This document shows positions 38,640 through 52,662 of a stretch of DNA of 64,000 nt, one piece after another. Numbering within the stretch: position 1 is the first letter of the stretch; each line of letters opens with the position of its first letter. Location of the stretch: contig OZ199838.1 in NCBI GenBank assembly GCA_964304625.1, forward strand, positions 12,467,843-12,531,842, in the 5' to 3' direction. Source of the DNA: Kudoa neothunni (Eukaryota > Animalia > Cnidaria). Under the pieces are notes generated by a model, which ran no database searches, was not told the origin of the DNA, and saw only the letters and a program-made list of their open reading frames with translations. The translations under genes and the position numbers were made by a program.

Positions 38640-39520
38640 TTTTTTCGGGTGAGTTTCTCTATTGCCGTGATCAAATCATGTTGATTTCGTGAACTTTCAC
38701 TCCAAACAATGGATTTGAGTTGATGGAATAACTCCTCAATGGGATTTAGGAAGGGGAATATGGTGGACGGAAGAGAACTTTAGGTCTACTTGTATTAATA
38801 ATGTTCACGACAGCATTAGTTTTATGAAACTTCACGTTGTCCATGATAATTAATGAATTTGGAATGTTATTTTCATCAAAATTGAAGAAAAGTTGAATTC
38901 ACCGATCCTTCACACAATTTGAGGGTCCTAAGTTTGGTGTAGGCGATGGCTGCTATCAATGTGATATTTTTTGATTTAATTCCAATCAATGATTGGCCAA
39001 AGGTTCTTTGCACTGACAGCCAAAATCCAGGTTCATCTATGGACACGATATGAGGTAACTCTGGTTTTAAATCAAGATATTGTAAAACATAACTAAAAAA
39101 TATTTAGTTTAAAAATACATTAACAACAACTTTTTTTCTTTTAATTATGTTTTCAGGCGAATTTCGGGCGACTGGGACCGTGATGTTTTTTTAGGGAGCA
39201 ATGGAAACTCCCTAAAACATTGTTTATGGTTTGCCTCGACACATTCAAGTATATGTTTTTTTCGTTCCAGTCTTAAAATAGATCGTCTATCTCCACCAAC
39301 CTTTTTTAGAAGCATCAAATGTAGCGTCGAATTGTTTTATTACTCGACCAATAGTACTAGGATGGCATTTGACGGTATCCGCAATCTGCTGCTTTGTATT
39401 TCCCTCCTTTAAAATAAAATTTAATATAATTTCAAATTCGCATAATCAAACATCACAAAATTTAACAATATCCGCTCTTGTGGTGGCATCAATTTTTGAA
39501 TATTGTTTTCTTGGTAGAAT
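38640..39520 (-). mobile_element. Decayed IS630/Tc1-like DD34E transposase
   Basis: Minus strand reads IVSIDEPGF, then IIMDNVKFHK...PPYSP(frameshift)FLNPIEE. D-to-E spacing is 34 after correcting a 1-nt deletion. Confidence 0.75.
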
Positions 39521-39989
39521 TCTAATTGTTGGAGTTGTAAACTCTGAGTCGCTTGAACAGTGGTCAAACATCTTTTTTAGCGTGAGTATCGATTGCAATG
39601 GGATGTTGAAATACTGTATTACACGGTTGGATATCGAATTTCAAATAATGTATAATCCATCTGCCACTGGCGCGCGATTAGCACAATGTTGTTGGATTTA
39701 TTTTCGAAATCTCCTAACTACCTTACCACCGTATAACTTAACATTTATTTTAATATATTACAAATTTTTATGTTGAAAATATAAATCTAAAAGGTAATGT
39801 ACTTACCGGCTACCAAAATTCGGCATGATGTCATGATTTTTTTCGGTCGATTTTTTCGTAAATATAGTTCATTTAGTCGAAAAAGTTGCAGCATATAAAA
39901 ATAAACCAATTTTTTTGTTTCTATCTTAGTTATTAACGCAAAAATTATTTTTTATTATTGTTTAGATTTTTTAGTATTTATATATAATA

Positions 39990-40972
39990 ATTTTATATAA
40001 ATTAACCTGAAAAATGAACTTGTTGCAAATTTCACAAAAACATCGCATTTTTCATTGTAATAAAAACATTTTTTGAATTTTAAAAATAGATCTGTGTGTT
40101 GTACAATTTTTGTTAGTTTATAATTTTTTTTATTAAATTTCTTATTAGAAATTAAGAATTTATTCAATTTTTATTATTAAAATTCAGAAACCTAATTATT
40201 TAAAATGACAATAGTGAGTTTTTTTACCTTTCAATATCTGTAGGATATTAAAAAAAATAAGTTATATTTTTATTTTTTATAAGTTTTTTTTGTGTCAAAA
40301 TTAGGTAACAACAAATTCGGATAAATAAACGAATTGAGAATTTTCTATGGTGTAAACACAAAACGTTTAGTACGGCTAATATTTGTATTAGTACACATAT
40401 AACTGAGTAAAACTAATAAATTTATGGAAATAAAAAGAATTTTTGCTTATAATAACAACATTTTTTCTTTCATCGAATGTTATATTAAACACACACGTAA
40501 GAATTCTTCTAATAAAGTAGTAACTTCATATAATCAACCACAAATTATTTACCTATTGAAATTAAATGTTTATCTAAAATATAATGTTGATTTATTATAA
40601 AAAACTTCTCAGTTCTAAGAAAACTGAGAAAATGCATTTTGAGAGCACGTGGTTATCTTCTGGTTTTAAAATCAATCAAAACATGTATAGATAAATTTAA
40701 CATTGCAAAATTGTTTTTATACGGCAAAAAATATGACATAGAACCAATTTATGAATTATTTAAATAAAATTTGGGAACAATTCAATATTGGTTGAAAGAA
40801 AATGGAGATTACACGTGTATCCGACTGCGTTCGGATGAAAAATTCTTGTTTTTAAAGTCATTATTTTGATCTGAATATTTCCTCGCCATATTATTTTATC
40901 TTATTATCAAGAATCTTGAAAAAACATACGCAAGAGGACGTTTTTTTAGGTGCCGCATACTTTACTATTACT
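39990..40972. mobile_element. Long-TIR element, copy B (inverted relative to A, one TIR)
   Basis: Reverse-complement match to about 31570-32390. Ends ..TTTAGGTGCCGCATACTTTACTATTACT. Confidence 0.75.
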
Positions 40973-41199
40973 AAAAACATGTAAAAGTGTGATTGATTGA
41001 TGCAGTATTTTGAACGAATAAACGCGTTTTTAAAATAATGAAGTGGCCCAAAAATTTTTTGATAGTGGCACGTGCTTTAACAGCGAATAAGTTTTTTGTT
41101 CATTATTACGGTGATGGTATCTGTTATTTGGAGCTATTTTATTTAGCTTGCTAATGAAAAAACAAAGTGTAACAAATGTGATGCAGTACTTACGTGTAA

Positions 41200-42624
41200 A
41201 AAAGGTTTGACTAATACATTGCATACACACGCTAAATTACATGGGACTGATTCAAAAAATAAGTTGTTGCAATCGCCGATATTTTTCCATTGAAATTTAG
41301 AAGAATACAAATACAACCCGTTATTGAAAGTTTTGCGAGCAATAGTCTGGGATTTTAACCTGGATAGTGACATTGCAAAATTAATCGCGATTGACAATAT
41401 TCCTGGTTCCAAAATTGCAAAAAGTACCACCATAAGACGATTGTTGAAAAAAGTTCATAATAAAGAGATCCTAGTATCCTACGATGAAATTTTCGATTCT
41501 TGCGAAAAGTAGAAGTATCTACGGTGAGCAAGATAAAAAGAATTTTTCCGGGGCCAATTCGAGACCTGCTCTCTGTTCTGATGAGTGGACGTCAAGGTCT
41601 AAAAATCGATTTCTTAATATTCAAGCATATTTCGAAGACAACAAAATTTCGCTCGGGGTTACTAGAGTCACCGAAAGATGTACAGGAGTAGAATTGGCGT
41701 CCTTAATCAAAAACCAACTATCGAAATTTGGCGTTACGTCATATATATGTGTACCGACGGAGCGTCATACGTCGCAAAATGCATTTTTCCATTAGGCTTT
41801 CAGCAGATAAAATGCATGCTTCATGGAATAAATTTAGGTAATTGAGTTATTAACTGACAAACCTACACCAACGTATAGCTGTAAAAGACACAATGTATGA
41901 AGAATCTAATAGCCAGAAGCCAAAAAATATCGAAACTATAACTGACGAGCTGGAGTTTGATGAGCAAGAATTTGTCCTTGTGCCAAGTTTCTTAGATATT
42001 TTACCTCGGGTGAGGTCAGTTTTCAGTTACTTTTCAAGATCTGGATTGGCCTCCGACACATTGAGAAAATCATGTGAACGAAGAGGCATTAAATACCTAT
42101 CACTGAATATCGATTTGTGACACGGTGGTCAAGTTGTTACGATATGTTAGTTAAATTTATGAAGATGTTCGAGACCATTGAAGACACTTACATGATTTTG
42201 GTCAATGTAATTATCTTAAAATATATTGTAAAAATGACTGAATGTTAAGGAATTAACATAATGTCTGGGAATTGTGCATCGCGCCGTTCTCAAACTTTTA
42301 AAGTCACAAATGTCTCTTACACAATGTGACTTCATACTAATCAACACAGTTGAGGATCTCTCTCTCTCTCTTGTTGACGGAACAATTTCAGAAAATTTAA
42401 AAATGGAATTTATCGAACGCTGCTTTGAAAGACGCACCATTTGGTCTGATATATTTATTTTTTAAGCTTCGATTCTAACATTTGTGAAAAGAGTTTATTC
42501 TATAGAAGACCGTCAAATTTTGAGCTACAAGAAACAATTCACTTCACTGAACCGAATGATCACATGCACAACTATGAACCTTCCGAAGCTGAAATGGATT
42601 TAGACGATTTGATAAATTACGCGG
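41200..42624 (+). mobile_element. Decayed hAT transposase, interrupted by the Gypsy element
   Basis: Motifs CSDEWTSR, KCMLHGINL and TRWSSCYDML in broken frames. A short continuation probably lies at 46605-46694. Confidence 0.75.
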
Positions 42625-45600
42625 TGTTGTGATTTCTTAACGCGGCAACAAATAGACACACAGTTAATCAAGGTTCCAAGAGATGATGCGCGATACTATT
42701 AACTGCTATGTGTTAATTTAGAATATGACATTCCTCCCTCCTTAATTTCGGATATAATCCTCCAGGTATTGAGGGGGCTTTTTCGCGCGATTTGATCGTC
42801 GGGGTAGAACATTCTCCAGATTCTCATCACGATGGTCAGTTGCGTCGTCTGAGTTCCTTGCGGAACTCAAGAGAACATTCTCATCCAAAGTTTCCGATGG
42901 CTGTAATAATGATGACGGTAGTGATTCAATGTCTTCCGCGCATACTGGTGGAATATGAATTGACTGGTATCGTCTAAGTAATTGGTTGAGGTGGTATTTT
43001 CGAATGGCGGATGAGGTTTACATTAGGTATACCATTTTCCCGAGAGCGCGAATGATCTTTCTGCGTTCCCAGCCGTTTCCATTAGGAGCCTTGTAGTAGA
43101 TCAAATCTGCTTCTCTGAATTTAGTGTTATGGCATTTATTATTTTTTAATATTCCCATGTGTGACCTTGTTTTCCTCCCGTGAAGTTTTTCCGCGGGAGA
43201 TTTTCCATCATACAGCGGTGTGGAGCGATACGTTGATAGGTATATTCTAAGAGCTTCCGTTAAAGATTTCTCTTCAGTGACAAGTTTGCTTATTGCCACT
43301 TTAAATGTTTTGACAAATCTCTCCGCCTGACCATTGGATTGCGGATGATACGGGGGTGGAGTAACATGATCTATTGCTCTGGACTTTAAGTATTTCGAGA
43401 ATTGTTGTGAGGTAAGTTGTGGTCCGTTGTCAGATACAATTAACATTGGACAACCTTCAATTGAGAAAACTTGTTCCAGTGCATTACATGTTGCTTTAGA
43501 TGTGATTTCAGTCATTCGAATAACATAAGGAAATTTTGAGAAGGCGTCAACTACAACTAACCAATAGTAACCCTTGATTGGGCCTACAAAATCGATATGC
43601 AACCTTTCCCGAGCTCGTTTAGGTTTTGGAAGGTGACTCCGCATGAGTTTTGCATACCTCGCACTGATTCACGTATGTTTCAATGTCCCTCGTCATATTA
43701 GGCCAATAGCAAAATTAACGAGCTAATCGCTTCATTCTTTCTATTTCCCAGTGCCCACTGTGAAGTTGTGCCAATAAATTGATTCGTAAAACCTTTGGGA
43801 TAACAGGTCGCGTTTTGGGGTGATCTAACAGCAGCACGCCATCTTGCATCGTAAGCGATTTTCGTAATTTATAGTAACATAAAAGATCATTTGAAAGTTT
43901 GGACTTCAGTGGCCAGCCATAGTTTGAATAATGGATTACTTTTTGGGTGATATCGTCTGACAATGAAGCTTTTTGTACCATTTCGATATTGACATAGAAG
44001 GTTTCTGTAGGGTTAACAAAACATAGTTTGGTGATTTTCCATGGCCTCATGTTCATCGAAACCAGTATCGTCACTGGACGGCAGTCTAGATAATGCGTCA
44101 GCATTACCGTGAAGTTTGGTATTTCTATATTCGATGTAGTATTGGTAGTTAGCCAAGAGTAGTGACCGGCGTTGAAGTCGTTGGGCAGAGGTTACGTTGG
44201 TTGTAGCAGTTGATCGGAATAATGATACCAGTGGACGATGATCAGTTATTATTGTAAATTTCCTACCGTATAGGTATTGGTGGAATTTCTTGATGCCGAA
44301 CACGATTGCCAATCCCTCGTTCTCTATTTAAGAATAGTTTCTCTGAGCCAAAGACAAGGTTTTCGATGCGTGAGCTATTGGTAGCCCCCGACCGTCTTCA
44401 TATCAGTGTAGTATCACCGCACCTAAACCAACGATGGATGCGTCGGTAGCCAGTAGCAACTCTTCCGATGTGTCGTAATGGGTTAGCATAGTTGCATGGA
44501 TGATAGCATGTTCCAGTTTCTTGAAAGCTTCTGACTCTGTCTTACCCCAGCGGAATTGCTTGCTTGCTCTCCGAAGTTCGTTGAGAGGCTCCGCAATGTC
44601 GGCGAAACTTGGGACAAACTTACGGTAGAAGTCTATCTTTCCCAGAAATGACATAAGTTCCAACAGGTTTTTGGGTTCCGGTAACAGCTTTATGGCTTTG
44701 ACGTTTTCGTCTGAAGGTTTAATTCCATTTCTGTCAATTTTATGGCCAAGATATTCCACTTCAGTTTGAAAAAATTTGCATTCCTCGCGTTTACAAGTGA
44801 ATCCAGCAGAGCTCAACCTGTCAAATAGGATATTCAAATTCTTCTTATGATCTCCGGGTATTTTACCCGTAACAACTATATCATCGAGATATGCCACATT
44901 ACTAGGCAAATCAGCCACCAACTGGTCTATAATTCGTTGAAACAGGACTGGTGCACTAGATATACCAAACGGAAGACGCTTATATTGATACAAGCCTTGG
45001 ATTGTTGTAATCGTCGTGTATCTGCTGCTTTCTTCGTCCAATTCCAATTGAAGATATGCATCCGACAAGTCGATTTTTGAAAATAATTGTCCACCTTGGA
45101 GTTTTTGGCATAGTTCATCCGGACGTGGGATAGGATGTTGATCGACAATCAACGCTTGCTTTATGGTAGCTTTGAAATCACCACAGATCCTGAGTTTTCC
45201 TTCCCCTTTCTTCACAATTACTATAGGCGTTACTCATTCGCTGTGTCATCTTCGATATGACACCCAATTTCTACAGTCGATTTAATTCCAGCTTGATCGC
45301 TTCTGTCATAGAGAAGGGTACTTGTCTAGACTTTAGGCTCACAGGTTTAACATCCTTGTTAAAATGTAGATTTACCTTCCTTAGTTTATAGCATCCAAGT
45401 GAAGATTTAAAGAGTTCCATATGCTTTAGGAAGTAACAGTCATCAACACTACTTTGTGCAATTCCAATTGTGTTCAACCAGGCATTAATGTTGATTGAGG
45501 GATTGAAGATGCGTAGCCAATCCATGCCTAAGAGATTTCCTGAAGACGGCTGGGAAAAACAATTAACCGAAGTAACATGGATTTGTTGTTAGCTTTTACG

Positions 45601-46604
45601 TCAACCATTATTTCGCCGTTTGCAGCCAATCTTGAACCACCATACGTGGATAGACTTACATGTGTTCTTTCAATTGTAGGGGAACCGATATACTCGTAGG
45701 TTTTAGCATCAATTATTGTTCTCGACGCGCCTGTGTCCAACTTTTTTACGGTGTGAGCATATGTGACTTCGGAATGGACAAACCTTCTTCGATTGTTTCA
45801 CAAAACAGTCCGGGCACGATGGGAGTGGTTTGTTCTTGAGATCTTGTTTACCGCGCGACCGTTTAAGTTCATGTTGAATTCGGTTAATATTGCTGCCTTT
45901 AGCTTCTCCATGTTGATCCTCTTGGATCTCTGCTACGGCTTTTTTCATGACCATGTGGCGATCTCCCGTATTGACAACGTTCTGTAATGATGGACGCCTT
46001 TGTTCGATGCACGAAGGTTGTACTCCAGGGTGAGGCGTGTGTAGCACACTGGTATCACGAATAATTCTATGTGCGTACGATTCGTTACATTTTTCACGGA
46101 TGAAATTGCATTTTCTTGCCAAAGCCTCCAATTCAGCAGACCATTGTGCGTATGTCTGCACTGACTTCATTTGGCATCTAGAAAATTTAACCAAAGCAGA
46201 AATCTCATGTATTTGATCAGATAAATAACTATTCATCCGATGAACGATATCATCAAATGAGCATTGTTCTCTTTCTGATTCAATGTAGAGCTTTTCATAG
46301 AGTTGGTAAGATTCGGCTCCCATCCATGAAAGCAAATATGACTTATATGCCGATTCAGATACACCATGGGCTCTCAAGTGTTCCTTTGTCCTTGAAATGT
46401 AGATTAAGAATTTGTTGCTGTTGTCTCAACAGGTCATGCATTTCTTTTGAATCCATATTTTTTCAATGTGGTTGATCCTGCTCACTGCGCCAATGTTATG
46501 ATTTCTTAACGCGGCAGCACATAGACACACAGTTAATCAAGGTTTGAAGAGATGATGCGTCATACTATTAACTATTGTGTTAATCTAGATTCTAGAATGT
46601 GACA
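42625..46604 (-). mobile_element. Full-length Gypsy (Mag/K02A2.6-like) LTR retrotransposon, inactivated
   Basis: LTRs at 42625-42730 and 46494-46604 (TG...CA). PBS TGGCGCAGTGAGCAGGAT is tRNA-Ser-like, and the PPT is AAGGAGGGAGGAA. Order is gag, PR (DTGA), RT (YLDD), RH, IN. Flanks CGCGG and CTCGG. Confidence 0.96.
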
Positions 46605-46694
46605 CTCGGCCAGATAAAAAAGTCAAAATATTGTTCGGATTCTAACGAAATTAACAATTTTGTTAATCACGGTGTGATGTCAAATCGTTTAGAG

Positions 46695-48907
46695 CAGTGG
46701 TTCTTAACCTGGGTTAGATGAAAAAATTCCAAATTTCAGATCAAATCTAGGATTAATATTTTTTATAATTTTAATATTTTAAATAAACCTTCTATTGGTT
46801 GTATTTATAATCCTAATTAAAAGCTATTTTAAAAAGATAATAATGATGAATTAAAAAATTATTGATAATTTAATTACAATTATTATTTGAGTGTTTGAAA
46901 TTCTTTTCGAGTTACCTGATTAGTACAATCACTTGTAACGAGTTACTGGGTTTACTGCGCGGCAGTGTTATTTGTTTGCTAATTTTCTGAGGGTTACTGG
47001 AAATAAATATTGGCTCGTTGAATATTTAACAAAAAAAGAAAGTGGTCAAATGATTTCGTACAGTTCGGGTTTACCTATGTTACGGAACTTAATGGTATTC
47101 AACGATCTCTTTGCATGATATGCAACTCGAAGTTAAGTAATTCTAGTTTAGTATCAGCGAAACTAAAGGAGCATTTCACAAATATCCATGGAGACTTTGC
47201 ATACAGGAATATAACTCTTTCCGAACTTGAAGCAAAAAGAGCAAGATATGATGAAAGAACTACGTTGCAAAATTTTGGATTTGATAATATTGATAAGCTT
47301 ATCTTAACAGCAACATATGAAGTTTCATATCGCATTGGCAAACAAGGTAAACCTCACAATATTGGTGAAACGCTCGTTGAACCTGCCGCGTTGAAGATGG
47401 CAAATATTTTATTGGGAAGTGTTGCAAAAAAAATTAGTACAAATTCCTTTGTCAAATGATACCGTTAAGAAAAGAATTGATGATATGAGTAAAGATATTT
47501 TTGATCAATTAATTTCTGATCTAATTTTAAGTAAAGAGAAGTTTAGTTTACAATTCGACGAAACTACTGACATCTCAAATCTAAATCAACTGGTTTCGTT
47601 TGTTAGATATTTGAAAAATGGTGTGATAGTTGAAGATTTTCTTTTTTGCAAACCTTTAACAACAACTACCAGGGCAGTGGATGTTAAGAAAGTTGTCGAT
47701 GAGTTTTTCAAGAGCAATGGACTTTAATGGAATATGGTTTGTTCTATTTGCACTGATGGTGCCCCAGCTATGCTGGGACGTAACTCTGGTTTTTGTGCTC
47801 TCATGAAAGCAGATGCACCTCATATTATTGTTACGCATTACATTTTACATAGATATGCATTAGTAACAAAGAATATGCCTCCAAGGCTGGCAGAAGTGTT
47901 GAAAATCGTTATCGATTGTGTAAATTTTGTGAGACAGTGCTTTGAGTCATCGAATCTTCAAATATTTGTGCAGCGAAATGGATTCTGAATTTTAGATACT
48001 TTTGTTTTATTCAATTGTGAGGTGGCCGTCTTGAGGAAAAGTATTAAACCGCGTTTTTACCCTGTGAAAGGAAATAGGTATATTTTTGATTCCATAAATT
48101 GTTTGAATCGGCAAATGCAAGGAAATGGAATCAACATCATTGAGGCAAAGGAGTATCTTAATCCATTCCAAATAAAATTATCTTTATAAAAAACGAAGAA
48201 TAATGGTCGAGAATTATGCAAACTTTCTATTTTTAGACGATATTTGTAATATTAATGACGGCGATAACAACGATTTGGAAATTTTACCTTTTGAATTAAA
48301 GGAAATAATTGCTGCACATTTAGAAGAACTTTCCAACTCATTCGATGGCTATTTCCCTTCTAAAAATTCATTCCACGACTGGGTGAGGCAACCACTTAGC
48401 TTCGTTACTTCAGCTGAGGACGCCAATAATAAATATTTTGATGAACTTCAACACAACAAAATTCAAAAACAACTTTTCGAAAAAGTTTCACCATCAATCT
48501 TTTGGATAAATTAAATCGAGAAATATGCTACAATTTCGATGTAGGCTTTGGAAGTTTTTCTTCCTTTCGTAACAACTTACCTGTGCGAAAAATCATTTTC
48601 AAGATTGGTCATCATAAAAAGCGAGTTAAGAAATAAGCTTTTCTATGAAAGCGATATACATATTGCTCTCACCAACATTTTGCCTCGTAGTACGGAATTG
48701 GTTGCAAAAAAACAAGAACAAAAATCGCACTAATTAGCTTTATATTAATTTGATTTTTACATTGTGAAATTTTTATGATGTGCCAAATATATATTAAATT
48801 ATAATGCATTTTATTTAAAATTTAAAAAATTTTATGTTTGGGGGTTCGACGAGGCGTGCTATAAGGTAGTAGTGGTTCGCCGACTCCCCAAAGGTTAATA
48901 ACTACTG
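46695..48907 (+). mobile_element. Buster/Charlie hAT (ZBED5/ZBED8-like), disrupted transposase
   Basis: TIRs CAGTGGTTCTTAACCT / AGGTTAATAACTACTG. Motifs KPHNIGETLV, IPLSNDTVKKRI, FSLQFDETTD, CTDGAPAM and PFVTTYLCEKSFS. Confidence 0.93.
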
Positions 48908-49983
48908 TCCTAAACAATTAAAAAAAATTAGAATTTATTAATATAATTTCCAAAAATTTGTTTAATACGATCACAGCATTAAACTCTAATTAATCGGCGA
49001 AATAAAAATTCATATAATATTTAATGTATAGATGGTGGCTTGAAATAAATGGATTTATACTGCAAATTCTGTGTAAATAATTTAAAATTTTAGTTACATT
49101 TTATATATCCATCCAAAGTTAATTGTATTTTTAATTGATATTTGCTTAAAAAACATTTTGTGTATTATATTAAAATGGACTCTTTAGGTAAATTAATTAA
49201 AACTGAAATATTTAACCCTACCTTCGTATTTTCTGGTATAAAAATATTGTAAATACTTTTGAGGGATAAAAAATTTTAAAGTTGAGGGAAATTTGCTTGT
49301 ACTAAAATAAATCAACGTTTACATACTCCAAGAAAATTTTTATCGCGCGTGCGTGACACATATCGGGGAAATGGGTAAAACTCCTGATTCTACAATGGAT
49401 ACTACTAATTATTTATTTCAAGTGTTTATTTATTCGTATTTAAAATAATAACAACATTTTTAGATTTCACAATTTGTGTTAAACACTTATCCACATAGTT
49501 TAATGGCTCGACATTTATCGTTGCAATACATGAAATGCTTTGGAGCAATTAGATCAAAAACTAGAGCTAATTTGTATACAAAAATAACTTTGTTTTCTTT
49601 TAAATTTTATTGATTTCCTAGAACTGTGAGTTTAAAACGAACTTTGTGCAAAAAGTGTGGAACTATTCTAGAGCCCAACATCAATTGTGAATGCTTTATA
49701 AAAAGTGATAAATTTTTTCATTTAGTATTTTATAATTTGGCATAGAAATGAAAAAAAGAAAGAACCTTTTCTATGTGAAGAAATGTTCAAATTGTGGAAA
49801 GAAAAGAGTGTTTTATGGAGGCGAAGGATACAAAAAATGTTGGAATGAATGAGTCAACAAAAATTGTTTATTTTATTGGCTTCCTTGTAAATAAAACTAC
49901 TTAGATAGAGATAATTTTTTCAAATAAGTTTCAGTTTACTAGCTTTATATAGCTGCCTAATGTAGATTTTCTATATTTATTAA

Positions 49984-52662
49984 CCCTCCCTGTACCAACT
50001 TATAAAAAGTTGCGCGTGTGCCCAACTGGGGCATTTGCGTACCCCAGATAAAAAATGCTTTAAACTTATTCAAAATATATATAATTCATTAATTGACAAT
50101 ACAACACATAAAATGGTTAATTCATTAAATCAATTTAAAGATAGTAGCTTCTGGTCTACAAATAAACAAATTTATTCATTTATCGAGTCATGATTACAGC
50201 ATCGAAATATGTGCACCTATTTACATAATATTTATTGGCACAAATAATATAAGTTAAATAAAACTATCGGCAATGCCATAATCCTTGAGGTTACCAATAA
50301 CTGATAGTAAACACGACATATCCGCCACCATTTGATGCACGGTTTTCGGTTAGACTCGGCTTCCATCACTATAAAAAGAAGTAAAAATTAAATAACTTAA
50401 CGCTTTCATGATTGCACCAAACATAAAGTATTAAATGTTCTATGCTAATGGCTATAAAATGAGCATGGATAAGGTTTTCATTTGTTATTAATATATAAAG
50501 GATATGCCAAACCCATGATATCATGGGAGACTAATCCCGAGCTTGAAATGAAAATTGACCCAAATAAAATTAGAGCGGCTTACATGAAAATACAAAAATT
50601 TATTTCTCGAGATATATATGTACAGAAATTATCATTAACTTTATTTTTTGTTGTATTATGGATGTTCATTTTGCCAATTAACGCATAAATTAAAAGTCGT
50701 TTTTTAGACTTAATGTAATTGCCCCCATCGTTTGTATTTTTCTCGGAAAACTGTACCTAAGCATATTATGATAATATTAAAAACATAATAGAATTTAATC
50801 TAAAAGATTCCAACAATCAAGACATTGAATAATATTATTATGTTTTCGATGTTTTACATACAAAAATTTGACAACTGAAACATGCTACGTTGGTTTTCTT
50901 ATCCTTATTTCGTGGGCGAAAGTGGCATCTATTTCTCTTCATTTGCTGCATGCAATTTTCTTGGCAGTCGATAGAGTTGGTGTTTGTTGTAGATTTATCA
51001 AAAAATTGAAACCCGTATTTTATATGACTTTGTAAGGTGGTGGAATTCTTTTGGCGATTTACTACATTTGGAGTTGCCAACTGAACAGCAAGCTCACGGA
51101 GGAAATGCTGTCTTTTGCTCCTATCATTCTTCCTCCATTCAGGATTTTGCTTGGTCCATACAATGTAGGCATTCAATGAGGCCATATCAATGATATCCAT
51201 AAATATCTTGAGCGGCCACCTACGGGCAGCCCGTGAACAGGAGTATGACATGGTCATTTTATCTCCGCCGTCCACCCCGCCTTTTGTCTTATTGTAGTGT
51301 AATATCACAGCTGGCCTTTTTCGATAACTATCTTCGATCGATGTGTCGTGATGTTGGGTGGACAAAATATTAACTGAATAATTCTTCTTCGGAACATACG
51401 AAGTTAATGTTAAATCACCACAAAATCCGAATATCGAAGAGAACACCTCCCTTGCGGGATAGAAACTCTTTGGGAATGTCTGGCTTGTTTGATCTGATGG
51501 TCCCAGTTAAGGTAAGCTTTTCTTTTAGGAGTTTTGTTGCAAGAGGAACTGACGTAAAAAAGTTGTCAACTGTCACACCTCGACCAGTTCCATTAACTTT
51601 TCCTGTATATGGCTGAAGATTTAGAATGTATGACGTTTCTACATCCGCAGCAACCCAAAGCTTAATGCAGTATCTTCCAGGTTTGTTTTTAATGTATACT
51701 CCGAAGGGGCATCTACCGCGAAACCTAACCAACCTATCGTCGACGGTAATGAATGGTCCTGGGGAGTAGTATTTTTGGCAGTTTTCATTAAACAAAGAAA
51801 CCATCTGACAGCAAGGTTCAAATTTATCGTTTGTTATTTGAAAACGATCAGCTCTAGTCGATTTGTCATCGAACCGAAGTTTACGGTAGATATAGGAAAA
51901 TCGGTTCCTTGGCATCGCAGAAGAGAAGAACAATTGTTTAAATAGTGGATGGATATCCCAAGCATTTCTCAGAGAGAGCATCCTGCCATTTAAACGTCCA
52001 GCGGCAATCAAAACACTAACAAATGCTATTATTTCGTCAGTGGAAATTGTTGCATGACCTTCTGGATTAGTTTCTTCACAATATTTATATTGTATATCTT
52101 GTTATTTCATCAATGATAGTAGTCGACAAAAATAAAGTCTTCTTCGCTTGAATTATCCGATTCAGAAATATCATAATCGGTTGAATCGTCCTCACCTGTA
52201 GAAGAAGTATCCTCTATAAGTTTTTCTATATTTTCGTAGTTTATTTCATTAACCATACAAAACAAAAAATTATTTAAAAAGTCAATTTTAACACAGTCAC
52301 TTCAACGTTTACCAGAAAACGCGGCACATAAGCGGATTAATCATCGTTAATTCCACGGCCAGGTCTCTTTTAAGTCTATATCACTCTTTTGGGCGAAGTT
52401 GTATTTTTTTATTAATATTTTTTCGTATAAAATGTTATATAAAAGTTAAATTAAAGACCAATTAATATCTGAAGATACTTGTTAAATACATTATTTATTT
52501 TGTATATTACGAATTATTGGAAAAAATTTTTTTACCTGAATATAGGAAATAATATACTAAACGTATTCTTAAAACCGTAGAAAAATATAATCCAATCGTC
52601 TTGAGTTATGAACAAAAAAGTGGATTTGGGGTATCTTAATACCCCAGTTGGTACTGGGAGGG
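49984..52662 (-). mobile_element. piggyBac transposon (PGBD4-like), frameshifted transposase at about 50838-52250
   Basis: TTAA TSDs, TIR CCCTCCC(T/A)GTACCAACT. Motifs TVDDRL, TVDNFFTS and YNKTKGGVD, plus a Cys-rich C-terminus. Confidence 0.95.
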
